Origin: a virus
DNA length: 64,000 nt
IMG/VR virus record: IMGVR_UViG_3300019124_000103
Coordinates: 18,501 to 82,500 of that record
Direction: 5' to 3' (one strand)
The notes beneath the pieces were generated by a model. The model worked only from the letters and a program-made list of their open reading frames with translations. It searched no databases and was not told where the DNA came from. Positions within the stretch are counted from its first letter, which is position 1; each line of letters begins with the position of its first letter. Of the stretch, positions 47,107 to 57,224 are shown one piece after another. A program made the position numbers and the translations under genes.

Positions 47107-48078
47107 ATGGCGTATTTGGACACTGGCGAATCAGCGCAAATCAGCCTGACGGCTGGGCACACGCTTGTTTTTTTCACCGAGCGTGATGGGCGGGCGACTG
47201 TTCGTGCCTTGAGTGGGGTTCCGGGGGCGCCTTACGAGATTGGGCGTTTCGAGTCCGCGGGACAAACGACCATCGGCCCGTTTTCAACAAGCTGCGTCCT
47301 TTCCCTGACCGCCGCCGGGAAGGATCTGGAGTACGCCTTCGGCGCGAGTCCGGTGCTGACGACCACTGCGGGCGGCCTTGCACTGGCAACCGGCGTCCCC
47401 GCCGGTACCGCGATCCGCAAGGACAAGCCCTTCGCTGGGGTGGTGTACGAAAACGGGGTGGCGCTGGACAACAACTACACCGTGGCGACGTTGCCGACTG
47501 CTGCCGCAGCCTATGCGGGTTTGGTTGCGTGGGTCAGTGACGCCACCGCTTCCGGCCTGTCGTTCGAGTGCTTGAGCTACGACGGCGGCACAACCTGGGT
47601 TTGGGTGCCTGTTGGTCGTGTTTGGCCGTGGCAGCGCAACCGGACGGTCAGCACCGCGCAAGCCGGCACCAACGCGTTCGTCGAAACCAGCAACTTCACG
47701 CTGCCCAACCGCACAGACGTGTATGTGCCGGGGATGGATATCGTGTTCGAGGCGAACGCAGTCTACACGGGAACGACGAGCACCAAGACCCAGCGGCTGG
47801 AGCATCAGGCCAGCGGCAACTTCCTGATGAGCCATCAGGCCAGCGCAGCCCAGCTGTCGTCCGAAACGCGCTGTGCTCTGCACGTTGGCCCGGCCGTTGG
47901 CGGTCAGTTCCAGATCGCCAACTCAGCCAGCGCCAGCGGCTACACGGCTGGTTCCGGCGCGGACCTGGCGTTCAGCTTCACGCTGCCTGGCGCGTTGTTC
48001 CGCTGGGGCTTCCTGATCGCCAGCGGTTCGGACACCGGCTCTTACAAGCGGCGTGACGTCACGCTGATCTACCCGTGA
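47107..48078 (+). CDS. Virion fibre/appendage protein
   Basis: YTVATLPTAA...WVSDA fibre motif; beta-rich. Confidence 0.6.
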   Translation: MAYLDTGESAQISLTAGHTLVFFTERDGRATVRALSGVPGAPYEIGRFESAGQTTIGPFSTSCVLSLTAAGKDLEYAFGASPVLTTTAGGLALATGVPAGTAIRKDKPFAGVVYENGVALDNNYTVATLPTAAAAYAGLVAWVSDATASGLSFECLSYDGGTTWVWVPVGRVWPWQRNRTVSTAQAGTNAFVETSNFTLPNRTDVYVPGMDIVFEANAVYTGTTSTKTQRLEHQASGNFLMSHQASAAQLSSETRCALHVGPAVGGQFQIANSASASGYTAGSGADLAFSFTLPGALFRWGFLIASGSDTGSYKRRDVTLIYP

Positions 48079-49706
48079 TCGCGCGCCTGTCTCAGCATCG
48101 CCTGCGCCGCGCCGTGGCACGCCCCACGGCCTTTGCTGCGCAGGGGCGTGCCATCTTCAACATCACGGACAACAACGCCGCCCACACGGCCGAGTTCCTG
48201 CGCTGGTTCGATCACGTCGAGTTCTCCAGTGCGCGACTACACCCGCTGGCCGGCACCACGCGGTACAACGCCTTCCAGTCGCTCATCAACGCGACCAAGG
48301 CGCTGAATCCCAATGTGAAGTTCGGCGCCTACGTCATCGCCTACGAGCACGGCGGGCAGATCAGTTTCCCGGGCACGATCAGCCGCAGCGGCAACACGCT
48401 GACGATCAACCTGGTCAACATCACCGCCCAGTCCGCAGCGAACGTGGCCTCGACCGGCAACGTCGGCTCTGTGAGCATCCTGGTGTATGGGCTGGAGGGG
48501 CCGCTGGCGGTCTACAACGGCACCTGGCCGTTGGCGGCCAACCTGACCAGCGGGCAGCAGTCGATCCAGCTCAACGTAGCCGGCAACGCTGCGGCTGAGA
48601 GCGGGCCGACCAGCGGAGATGCGGCCGGCATCGGCTTGATCTCCTACAGCAACACCGTGGCCTGGACGGTGTGCAACAAGCTGAAGGACAACCCGAGCTG
48701 GTATCTCTACAAGCGCGGCACCTCGGGGCGGAAAACCGCGTGGACGACGCTTTACAACGCCACGAACATGAACATCACCGACACCTGCGACACCGACGCG
48801 CAGGGCCGGCGGTGGGTGGACTACTGCGCCGAGTTCTACTACGACAACTTGTTCGCGCACCTCTCGCTGGATTGGGTGTTCATCGACAACTACATGGACC
48901 CGCGGCAGGACGTGGTCAACGACGTGCAGTTTGGCAGCAGTACCGCGGCCCGTCAGACCTACGACTTCCTGCGCGACGGCAACGGGCAGTTGATCTCGAA
49001 CGCTACGGTGCTGGAGAAGATGCGCGCCGGCTGCGCTGCCTTCGCCAACAAGTTCAAGAGCTATTCGGCCGGAAAGCCGGTGTCGCCGAACCTGTTCACG
49101 GTGGGCAACTACGACAACGCCAACGGCGGCGGTCTGCCCAGCCCGCTCAACGCCATCGAGTACAGCTGGATCGAGCTGGTCTACAGCAACATTGGCGATG
49201 CCGACCGCTCGGGGCTGGGCGGCGTGAACGGCTTCTCGAAGTTCTACGCTCCCGGCACCGGGGTGCTCCAGAAGCACGTTGGCCGGCTGCCTGCCGGCGG
49301 CAAGGTGGTCTTGGGCGTCAAGCCGCTGAACGGCTGGGCTGACAAAGAGGTGATCCGCTTCGGCGCCTGCACCGCGTGGCTGCACGGCGACATGGTGTGC
49401 ATCGACGCCAGCAGCGGCACACCCTACGTGCCCGACGAGTTCAAAGTGGGCTTGGGGCTGCCGATTGAGCCACCGCCCACGGCCGCCACCGCCTCCGGCC
49501 TGTGGGTGCGCCGGTATGAAAACGGCCTGATCGCCGTCAACCCAGGTGCCTCCGCGGCCTACCTCGACCTGACCGGCACGCTCTACAAGCGGATCAACGG
49601 CACGGACGACCCGGCCGTCAACAGCGGCGGCGCACCGATCAACGGCGGCACCACGATTCCCGCTCGCAGTGCGCGGGTGTTCGTCATCAACGACCCCGGG
49701 CTGTGA
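48075..49706 (+). CDS. Putative glycoside hydrolase (TIM-barrel, GHL15-like) virion protein
   Basis: KALNPNVKFGAY, LDWVFIDN and GLWVRRYENGLIAVNP motifs resembling putative glycoside hydrolases. Confidence 0.65.
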   Translation: MIARLSQHRLRRAVARPTAFAAQGRAIFNITDNNAAHTAEFLRWFDHVEFSSARLHPLAGTTRYNAFQSLINATKALNPNVKFGAYVIAYEHGGQISFPGTISRSGNTLTINLVNITAQSAANVASTGNVGSVSILVYGLEGPLAVYNGTWPLAANLTSGQQSIQLNVAGNAAAESGPTSGDAAGIGLISYSNTVAWTVCNKLKDNPSWYLYKRGTSGRKTAWTTLYNATNMNITDTCDTDAQGRRWVDYCAEFYYDNLFAHLSLDWVFIDNYMDPRQDVVNDVQFGSSTAARQTYDFLRDGNGQLISNATVLEKMRAGCAAFANKFKSYSAGKPVSPNLFTVGNYDNANGGGLPSPLNAIEYSWIELVYSNIGDADRSGLGGVNGFSKFYAPGTGVLQKHVGRLPAGGKVVLGVKPLNGWADKEVIRFGACTAWLHGDMVCIDASSGTPYVPDEFKVGLGLPIEPPPTAATASGLWVRRYENGLIAVNPGASAAYLDLTGTLYKRINGTDDPAVNSGGAPINGGTTIPARSARVFVINDPGL

Positions 49707-50205
49707 GCAGCAGCGGCAGCCCGAGCAGCAGCATGGCGACGGTTCCGGGCTCCGGGGCGTGGGACACCACAGCCAGGCTCCATTCCTGGCTGTACCCGTT
49801 GCCCTCCAAGGAGGCGCGCATTCCACTGACGCGAAACCATTCGTCGCGCCATGAGGGAATTTCGCCGCCCATCGTGCGCAGCCTGTACTCGATGCCGACA
49901 AGCGCGCCATCGAGGAAGGTCACCGATGGTGCGAAGGGTGCCGGCACGCCGAGCACATTGACTGAAGACAGGTTGGGCCATCCGTCCGGGTTTCCGTTGG
50001 TGAAGAACGCCAACCGCAGCAGCTCGGACCCGCTGGCGGTCCAGGTGCCCAGCGTTGGCACGCTGCCGGCGACCTCGACGAGCCCGCTGTTGCTGTCCGA
50101 GATACACGCTGGCATGCCACCGCAGTCCAGGCGCATCTCGAAGTGATAGGTCGCGGCTTGAGCCGCACCAGCCGCAAAGAGCGCGGCAGCGATCAGGTAT
50201 TTCAT
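49687..50205 (-). CDS. PEP-CTERM sorting-domain surface protein (moron 2)
   Basis: Signal peptide MKYLIAAALFAAGAAQA; C-terminus APEPGTVAMLLLGLPLLLTARGR. Confidence 0.9.
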   Translation of the reverse strand: MKYLIAAALFAAGAAQAATYHFEMRLDCGGMPACISDSNSGLVEVAGSVPTLGTWTASGSELLRLAFFTNGNPDGWPNLSSVNVLGVPAPFAPSVTFLDGALVGIEYRLRTMGGEIPSWRDEWFRVSGMRASLEGNGYSQEWSLAVVSHAPEPGTVAMLLLGLPLLLTARGR

Positions 50206-50234
50206 GACGTCTCCCAAAGAGGGTGACGTTAGCC

Positions 50235-50250
50235 AACAACTGCCATGCCA
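50235..50250 (-). promoter_or_regulatory. Sigma54-like promoter of PEP-CTERM gene 2
   Basis: Minus strand TGGCAT-GGCAG-TTGTT then GGCTAAC, same layout as 12158-12173. Confidence 0.45.
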
Positions 50251-50280
50251 TACCCCCTAACCCTAGGGGCTGGAGTCCCG

Positions 50281-51666
50281 GTGATCCCCTTCGTAGGCCC
50301 TTCTTACTCGCTTGATTTCCGCAAGGCGGACGTTCAGCGCTCGGTGAACTGGTACCCGGCCCTTATTGAGTCTGGGACGGGTAAATCACTGGCCATGCTG
50401 GCCGAGGTGCCGGGGCTTCAGGTGTTTGCCACTCTGGGCGCACCCGTTCGGGGGGCTTGGGAGGTCGCTGGGAGATTGTTTGCGGTTGCCGGATCGGCGC
50501 TTTACGAGGTGAGTTCGGCCGGTGTCCCCACTTTCAGGGGGTCTCTCTCCACCTCTTCGGGGGTGGTGGAGGCGGACTACGGGTTGTTTCAGTTGGTGCT
50601 GGTGGATGGGCCTTGTGGTTATGTCCTGAACCTCCAGACCAACGCCTTCCAGCAGATCACCAGCCCCGCTTTCTACGGCTCAAAGAGCGTTGCCTTCCTT
50701 GACGGCGTCTTTTATTTCGTCCGCCCCGATACCCAGCAGTTCTATTGGTCGGCGATTGACGATGCCACGGACTTGAGCGGGCTGGACTTTGCATCGGCGG
50801 AACGATCCCCAGACAACATCGTCCGCCTGATCGTCAGCTTCGGGGAAGCGCTGATTCTTGGCGAGAAGTCCGGGGAAGTGTGGTCCCCGAGGGGCGATCC
50901 TGAGTCCCCCCTGGAGCGCAGCAACGGTGCGTTGATCGAGGTGGGCTGTGCGGCTCCCGCCTCTGTTCGGAAGCTCGACAACACCGTGATCTGGGTCGGC
51001 AACGACGCCAACGGCTCTGGTGTCGTGTGGATGCTGGAAGGCTACAAGCCGGTGCCGATCTCCGACCGTCCGCGCGAAGAACTGCTTGCCAAGAGCACGG
51101 ACCTCGCGGGGTCGGTTGCCTATACCGAGCAGTACGAAGGCCATCGGTTCTATTGCCTGCGCGTTCCTGGGCTCGATACGACGCACGTCTTCGACCTCAA
51201 GACCCGCCAATGGCATGAGCGGGCGGAATTGGTCAATGGTGAGTACACCCAGCACCGGGCCACCTGTCACGCCTATGCGTTTGGCAAGCATCTGGTCGGA
51301 GCGGATGACGGGAGGCTCTACGCCTACGTGAAGACCGGCAACAACGCGGGGGACGTGAAAGTCAGGGACCGGATCAGCCCGCACATGGCTGTCCCGAGCC
51401 TCGAATTCCTGGCGTTCAACACGTTTGAGCTGGATGCGCAAGTCGGCGAAGGCAAGCCGGATGGAGGCGAAGCGAAGGTTTTGCTTCGGTACTCCAACAA
51501 CGGCGGGGCTACTTGGTCTGCCTGGCGGGAAGCGTCACTAGGCGCTGTGGGTGAACTCGAAAAGCGGGTGATCTGGCGCCGTCTAGGGCGAGCCAAAGAC
51601 CGCGTGTGGCATGTCCGGGTGACTGACGATGTTCTCTGTTCTCTGATTCAAGCGAAGGTGTCATGA
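50281..51666 (+). CDS. P22 gp10-like tail hub protein, unit 2
   Basis: Near-identical protein to 12216-13601. Confidence 0.85.
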   Translation: MIPFVGPSYSLDFRKADVQRSVNWYPALIESGTGKSLAMLAEVPGLQVFATLGAPVRGAWEVAGRLFAVAGSALYEVSSAGVPTFRGSLSTSSGVVEADYGLFQLVLVDGPCGYVLNLQTNAFQQITSPAFYGSKSVAFLDGVFYFVRPDTQQFYWSAIDDATDLSGLDFASAERSPDNIVRLIVSFGEALILGEKSGEVWSPRGDPESPLERSNGALIEVGCAAPASVRKLDNTVIWVGNDANGSGVVWMLEGYKPVPISDRPREELLAKSTDLAGSVAYTEQYEGHRFYCLRVPGLDTTHVFDLKTRQWHERAELVNGEYTQHRATCHAYAFGKHLVGADDGRLYAYVKTGNNAGDVKVRDRISPHMAVPSLEFLAFNTFELDAQVGEGKPDGGEAKVLLRYSNNGGATWSAWREASLGAVGELEKRVIWRRLGRAKDRVWHVRVTDDVLCSLIQAKVS

Positions 51667-52247
51667 GCGCAACCACGAACTGCAAGAACGCTGCGATTGC
51701 CGCAACGCTGCCAGATCAGATTGCACTTCATTCTGGTTTCCCCGGTTTGGTGGGAGCCAATGAGATCAGCGGCGGGGCGCCAGCTTATGCGCGGGTCGCA
51801 CCCTCGTTCGGCAGCGTGTCAGGCGCGTCAGCATCGACGACTGCAGCGATGACGTTCAACGTCCCGGCAGGTACCACCGTGCGATGGGTTACGGGCTTGA
51901 AGGGCGGCGTTAGTTTCTGGGTGACACCTAATGGCGGGTCTCCGAAGGAGTTCATCGCTGACCCGGCACTTGATCTGATTCGAGCGACTGGTCACGGGTA
52001 CATCGATACACAGAAGGTTGTCTTCTGGGGGGGGACCGTTCCTGGAGGCTTAACAGAGGGGGCCGTCTACTACGTGAGAGACGCCGCCGCGGACACGTTC
52101 AAGGTAGCGGCCACCTCTGGAGGCGCTGCGATTGACATTACCTCGGCTGGTTCTGGTGATTGCCAGATGTCCTTTATTGCGGAAGACAGCTACCCGACCC
52201 AAGACACACATACGCTGTCCAACTACAGCGCAGGGGCGCCGTTCTGA
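51663..52247 (+). CDS. Tail protein
   Basis: Diverged homolog of 13601-14182. Confidence 0.7.
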   Translation: MSATTNCKNAAIAATLPDQIALHSGFPGLVGANEISGGAPAYARVAPSFGSVSGASASTTAAMTFNVPAGTTVRWVTGLKGGVSFWVTPNGGSPKEFIADPALDLIRATGHGYIDTQKVVFWGGTVPGGLTEGAVYYVRDAAADTFKVAATSGGAAIDITSAGSGDCQMSFIAEDSYPTQDTHTLSNYSAGAPF

Positions 52248-52747
52248 TGGCCACACGGGCAGCCGTGAGCGCAATGGGCCTGAGAAGCGAATGCGCCCGC
52301 TCCATGGTGAGGTCGGCGGCGTCAGCGCTCGGTTTGTCCGCCTCATGCAACCCCTATGGGAGCGTGAATTTCTCCAGAGCGGCGGCGGCGCCAGGTTATG
52401 CGCTGCCCGGCCCTCGCATGCCTCTTGGTTATGTGGTGGTGAACGGGCAACGGCTGCCTGTTGAGATCGACCCGGCTTATTGGCGCCTCTTTCGTCATAT
52501 GTGGGACGACCGCCTAGGGGGCATGTCCGGCCCGTCAATGGGCGAGGTGCAAACCAACGTTGAGGCAACGAAGGCTCAAGCGGTGAATGCCGTGGTCACG
52601 GCCGCCGCTGTTGAACAGCTTGCCACCACAAACGCCGAGGCCCTCAAGGCGACTGTTCAAGTCGCCCAAAACGCCGGCCTCGCTGGCGCCTCGAATATCC
52701 CTGAGGTCGTGCTCCGACCTTCCTCCACCTCGTATCTGGAGCCCTGA
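52247..52747 (+). CDS. Tail-cluster protein
   Basis: Homolog of 14182-14670 with shared C-terminus. Confidence 0.65.
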   Translation: MATRAAVSAMGLRSECARSMVRSAASALGLSASCNPYGSVNFSRAAAAPGYALPGPRMPLGYVVVNGQRLPVEIDPAYWRLFRHMWDDRLGGMSGPSMGEVQTNVEATKAQAVNAVVTAAAVEQLATTNAEALKATVQVAQNAGLAGASNIPEVVLRPSSTSYLEP

Positions 52748-54204
52748 TGCAGAACCTTGTGAACTCTGTCAACCCTGCTGGGTGGGACACGGGCTTTGAT
52801 CGCCCGTACTTTGATGGTGGCGGACTCTCTCAGGAGCAACTGCGGGATCTGTGGGCGAAAGCCGGCGAATCGGGTGGGTTCTTCTCTCGTGGCTCACAGA
52901 CCTGGGACGCGGAGGGGCGACAAGCCCACGATGCGCGCTACTTGGCAGACGGCGACGACAACCGCGAGAACGACTTCTATGTCGTCGAGAACGATGACGG
53001 CACGCTCGGCAAGGTGGACATCATGCGCCACGGCTGGAACGGCCAGTTTGCATCGCTGGTCGCAATGATGGCGCCGGCCATCGCTGGTGTTGCGGGTGCC
53101 GGTGCGGGGGCATCTGCTGGCGGGGCTGGTGCTTCCACAGCAGGGACGGACGCCTTCTCGCAATGGCTCGCCACCGGTGCGACGGACGCCTCGACCATCG
53201 GCGGGATGGGCGGCGGCGCAGGCTCTGTGGGCGCCGGATCGGTTGCCGCGAGCATGGCCCCCGGCTACTCGGTCGGGATGGTGGATGCCAGCTCCATTGC
53301 TAACCCCCTGGCAGGCTCGGCCGAACAGGTTGTTGCGGGACTTCCCAGCTACAACGCGGGCGGAATGGCGGCGGCAGCGGGAGGTGGCGGGGCGGCTGCT
53401 GCTGGTGGTGGTGGCGGTGGAGGCGCTGCATCTGGCGGCGCGGCCAGTGCCGCAGATCCGCTGACCGGGTATCTGACGACGGGCGCAACCGACGCCAGCA
53501 CCTATGGCGGCATGAGCGGTTTTGCTTCATCTGGCGGGGCCGGGGCTGTCGGCTCGGGCTCAACGGCCGGCACGCTACAGGGGATTGCCGGCCTTTTCGG
53601 AGGCGCCGGAAGCACAGGCGGCTGGGCGAACACAGCGGGCACTCTGCTCAATGGCTACCTTGGCCAACGTGCAGCGGATAAGGCAGCGAACGCGCAGATT
53701 GGGGCAACGAAAGACGCCAATGCCCTGATGAAGTACATGTACGACCAGACGCGGGCCGACAACATGCCCGCGCTGGAGGCGCGCAACGCTGGCTTGACGG
53801 GGTATCAGAACCTGCTCAAGAACCCGTCCTCTGTCGCCCGCGATCCAGGTTATCAGTTCGGTTTCGACCAAGGAACCAAAGCCATCGGCACCCAAGCCGC
53901 TGCACGTGGCAACTACTACTCGGGCAAGACCCTCAAAGACCTAACCCGCTTCGGGCAGGACTACGGGCAAAGCAAGTTCGATCAGTCCTTGAACCGTCAC
54001 GGCAACCTGGCTGGCCTCGGTCAGGTGGGCTCGGGTCAGATCGGCCAAGCCGGCATGCAGTACGGCCAGCAGGCGGGGCAGAACCTGATCGGGGCGGGTA
54101 ACGCTCGCGGTGCTGCTGCGATTGCCGGTGCTAATTCCTGGCAGAACGCCCTTAACGGGCTCATGTCCTACGGCAACCAAAACAACTGGTGGGGGCGTCC
54201 GTAA
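52747..54204 (+). CDS. Gly/Ala-rich ejection protein (gp7-like), unit 2
   Basis: Near-identical to 14670-16076 except a central Gly-rich block. Confidence 0.75.
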   Translation: MQNLVNSVNPAGWDTGFDRPYFDGGGLSQEQLRDLWAKAGESGGFFSRGSQTWDAEGRQAHDARYLADGDDNRENDFYVVENDDGTLGKVDIMRHGWNGQFASLVAMMAPAIAGVAGAGAGASAGGAGASTAGTDAFSQWLATGATDASTIGGMGGGAGSVGAGSVAASMAPGYSVGMVDASSIANPLAGSAEQVVAGLPSYNAGGMAAAAGGGGAAAAGGGGGGGAASGGAASAADPLTGYLTTGATDASTYGGMSGFASSGGAGAVGSGSTAGTLQGIAGLFGGAGSTGGWANTAGTLLNGYLGQRAADKAANAQIGATKDANALMKYMYDQTRADNMPALEARNAGLTGYQNLLKNPSSVARDPGYQFGFDQGTKAIGTQAAARGNYYSGKTLKDLTRFGQDYGQSKFDQSLNRHGNLAGLGQVGSGQIGQAGMQYGQQAGQNLIGAGNARGAAAIAGANSWQNALNGLMSYGNQNNWWGRP

Positions 54205-55484
54205 TGCCTGTCGATACTGGAATCTTCAACCTGCTGGGGCGGGGCGTTAAGTCGGTTGCGGAGTACGACGCCGAGGCCCAGCAGGCTCAGGCGAACAAGC
54301 TGAACTTGCTTCGTGCTCGACAGCAGATGGATGCGCAGCAAACCGCGCTGACTCGTCAGAACGAATTGACGCGGTTCCTTGGTAGCGGTGCCCAGGGCGA
54401 GGAGCTGGAGAAGGGGCTTCTACAGCGTGGCTTCATGGATGAGTCCTTGAAGTTCGGCAAAGACCGCCGGGAACAAATGAAGCTTCAAGCCGAGGGGGAC
54501 GCCAAGAGAGCGGAAGTCAGCCAGAAGAAATACGGGGTAGTGCGCGACGTCATCCAGGGCGCGAATCTCGCCTACGAGGACGCCCTGACGAAGACGGGCA
54601 ACCCCCAGCAGGCCCTGCAATTGGCAAATCAGGCGTACATGGGAGCGGTTCAGCAGCTCCGCAGTTTTGGCATGTTCGACGACAACGACGTCCAGAACGC
54701 CGGCTCGTTCGACCCGAACATCGCCAAGAGCTTCTTGGATCGGGATAAGGAGATGCAGCAGCGGATCGCTATCCGCGGCCAGGACATGACCGACAAGCGC
54801 ACCCGTGAGGAAGGGGCGGCGAGTCGTGCCGTCACGATGCGTGGGCAGAACCTGGCGGACTCGCGGGCTCGTGAGGCGAACGAAGTTCAGCGGGCCGCCG
54901 CTCGCAGCCAAGTGATCGAGACCCCGGAAGGGGTTGTGCTCGTGGACAAGGGCACGGGTCAGGCTCGCCCGGTCACGGCAAACGGCCAGCCTCTGCCTGG
55001 GAAGCAGCCCGAGTCCGTGCGCAAGGAGCTGATGAGCATCAACCAGCAGCGGGCGATGATCGACGGCGCCATCGATTCGGCAACGAAGACGCCGACTGCT
55101 TTCTCAATGAAGCGCGGCCTTGCGACGATGGCTGGCGCTGTGCCTGAGTCCATCGCAGGCCGCTTCGATTCGGACGCCGAGCGTCAGGCGCGGGCTTTCG
55201 TGTTCAACAACGTGTCAGCGGTCATCAATGAGCGGGCGGGCGCTGCGCAGTCGGCGCAGGAACTCGCTCGCCTGCGTGCGTTCCTTCCGGCTGAAACGGA
55301 CACCCATGAACAAGTCGTGTCGAAGCTGAACGCCTTCAAGAGCTACCTTGCGGAGAAGGAGCGGGGGACCACCGGGAAGCCTTCTCATCCTGCAAAGCCG
55401 GAACGCACTGTTGTCCGGACTGGTATGCACAACGGGCGGAAGGTCGTCCAGTACAGCGATGGGACAGTTGACTATGCCAATTGA
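54204..55484 (+). CDS. DNA ejection protein 2, unit 2
   Basis: Shares N-terminal ~40 aa and C-terminal ~26 aa with 16076-17413. Confidence 0.7.
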   Translation: MPVDTGIFNLLGRGVKSVAEYDAEAQQAQANKLNLLRARQQMDAQQTALTRQNELTRFLGSGAQGEELEKGLLQRGFMDESLKFGKDRREQMKLQAEGDAKRAEVSQKKYGVVRDVIQGANLAYEDALTKTGNPQQALQLANQAYMGAVQQLRSFGMFDDNDVQNAGSFDPNIAKSFLDRDKEMQQRIAIRGQDMTDKRTREEGAASRAVTMRGQNLADSRAREANEVQRAAARSQVIETPEGVVLVDKGTGQARPVTANGQPLPGKQPESVRKELMSINQQRAMIDGAIDSATKTPTAFSMKRGLATMAGAVPESIAGRFDSDAERQARAFVFNNVSAVINERAGAAQSAQELARLRAFLPAETDTHEQVVSKLNAFKSYLAEKERGTTGKPSHPAKPERTVVRTGMHNGRKVVQYSDGTVDYAN

Positions 55485-57099
55485 TCCGGGTGAAGTTCAG
55501 TGGGATGCGGCGCCCAAGATCGACCCCAACGCAGTCAAGTGGGACAACCGCGACTCTCAGGGGAAGACCCCGGACGACTACATCAATGCATTGGAGCGCA
55601 ACCGTGAGGCAAGCGGCGCTGCCATTGTTCGGAGTCTGGCCGGCATCGGGAATACGCTCCTGACGCCCGTTCGGAAGGCCGCAGAAGCGGTGGGGCCGAA
55701 CCCAGTCGCCGAACACCTGGGCGGTGTCAAGGGTGCGTTGAACAGCCTGGACGAGAAATATAAAGACAGTGGCACCTACGCCCGTGAAAAGCTGGTGACG
55801 GATCTTGTCGCCACCTCGGGTGTGGGGGGGGTGCTGGCGAAGGGCGCCCAAGCGGCGGGGATGACGCGGCTAGGTAACGCATTGGCCTCGGGCGGCATGG
55901 TGACTGGTGCGCCGGCTGCGACGACGGCGGCGGGCAGAGTGGCGGACATGGGCGTCCGCATGGCTGGCGGCGGGGCGTCGGGCGGCGCGATGGCGGGCCT
56001 GATTGATCCTGAGCAGGCCAAAAGCGGGGCCGTGATTGGTGCGGCAGCGCCGCCTGTGCTCACGGGCCTCGGCAAGGCAGGTAACGCTCTAGGTAAGCTC
56101 GTTCACGGGCCTGCGGTGTCGCCTGGATTGCAGCAGGCCGCAGTGTCCGCCCGAGATCTTGGATATGTTGTGCCGCCCACTCAGGCGAAACCTTCGTTAG
56201 TGAACCGCTTGCTTGAGGGCACGGCCGGGAAGATCAGCACCGCACAGAACGCAAGCGTCAAGAACCAAGAGGTCACCAACTTGTTGGTGAAGAAGGATCT
56301 CGGCCTGGCACCGGATCAGCAGATCACGCACGAGGCCCTGGATGGCTTGCGAAAGACCGCGGGCAAGGCATACGAGGACATTGCCAAGCTAGGCAAGTTG
56401 CCGGTAACCCGTGATGCCCCGGCTGGCCTCAAGCCCGCTCTGAACACCGCTGGGGAGAAGACGACCAAATCCCTTGACGCCCGGACAGTGATCGAAGAGT
56501 GGAAGCAGGCCAACCACGACGCGACGGCGTATTACCGTGCCTACGGGCGGGACGCAAACCCCGAGACGCTGGCGAAAGCCAAGGCGGCGTCGGCCCGCTC
56601 AAAGGATCTCGACTCTTTCCTCGAAAAGAAACTGACCGACATCGGCCGTAGCGATCTCCTGACTGCGCTGAAGGAGGCGCGGGTGCAGATCGCTAAAACC
56701 CATTCAGCGGAAGCAGCACTAAACCCCGCCACTGGCACCGTCGATGCCCAGAAGTTCGCGCAGATGCTGGACAAAGGCAAGAAGCTGTCGGGGGGCATGC
56801 AGCAAGCGGGTGAGTTCGCCCAAGCGTTCAAACAGGCGGCTCGGGCGCCCGAGAAGATGGGTGGGTTGCCGCAGTTCAGCCCGCTGGACTTGTTCGCGGG
56901 CGCTATGGCTGGTGTCTCGACGCAAGACCCGAAATGGGCGGCCCTTGCGCTGCTTCGCCCTGCGGCGCGGAGTGCTGCGCTGTCGCCGCTGGTTCAGCGT
57001 GGGCTGACTAGTGCGCCCCAGTCTGAGAACCTGCTTGCGAACCCTTCGCTGTATCAGCTTCTAGCTCGTCCGGCTCCGGTTCTAGGCTCCGACCGTTAA
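55474..57099 (+). CDS. DNA ejection protein 3, unit 2
   Basis: MPIDPGEVQWD start, ADMGVRMAGG shared segment, AP.L..DR end. Confidence 0.7.
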   Translation: MPIDPGEVQWDAAPKIDPNAVKWDNRDSQGKTPDDYINALERNREASGAAIVRSLAGIGNTLLTPVRKAAEAVGPNPVAEHLGGVKGALNSLDEKYKDSGTYAREKLVTDLVATSGVGGVLAKGAQAAGMTRLGNALASGGMVTGAPAATTAAGRVADMGVRMAGGGASGGAMAGLIDPEQAKSGAVIGAAAPPVLTGLGKAGNALGKLVHGPAVSPGLQQAAVSARDLGYVVPPTQAKPSLVNRLLEGTAGKISTAQNASVKNQEVTNLLVKKDLGLAPDQQITHEALDGLRKTAGKAYEDIAKLGKLPVTRDAPAGLKPALNTAGEKTTKSLDARTVIEEWKQANHDATAYYRAYGRDANPETLAKAKAASARSKDLDSFLEKKLTDIGRSDLLTALKEARVQIAKTHSAEAALNPATGTVDAQKFAQMLDKGKKLSGGMQQAGEFAQAFKQAARAPEKMGGLPQFSPLDLFAGAMAGVSTQDPKWAALALLRPAARSAALSPLVQRGLTSAPQSENLLANPSLYQLLARPAPVLGSDR

Positions 57100-57178
57100 G
57101 GCCGCGGGCCAGGCCATAAAGGAAGGCCAAGACACCCATCACTGCCAGCTTCACGAGTAAGTAGTCGCTGAATTCCAC
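57008..57178 (-). CDS. Small antisense membrane peptide (56 aa), candidate superinfection exclusion protein
   Basis: Manual translation MEFSDYLLVKLAVMGVLAFLYGLARGLNGRSLEPEPDELEADTAKGSQAGSQTGAH. Confidence 0.6.
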   Translation of the reverse strand: MEFSDYLLVKLAVMGVLAFLYGLARGLNGRSLEPEPDELEADTAKGSQAGSQTGAH

Positions 57179-57224
57179 CCAAGCCCCCTGGCTCGCGCCT
57201 CGGGGCTTTTTTCATTGCCCCGCC

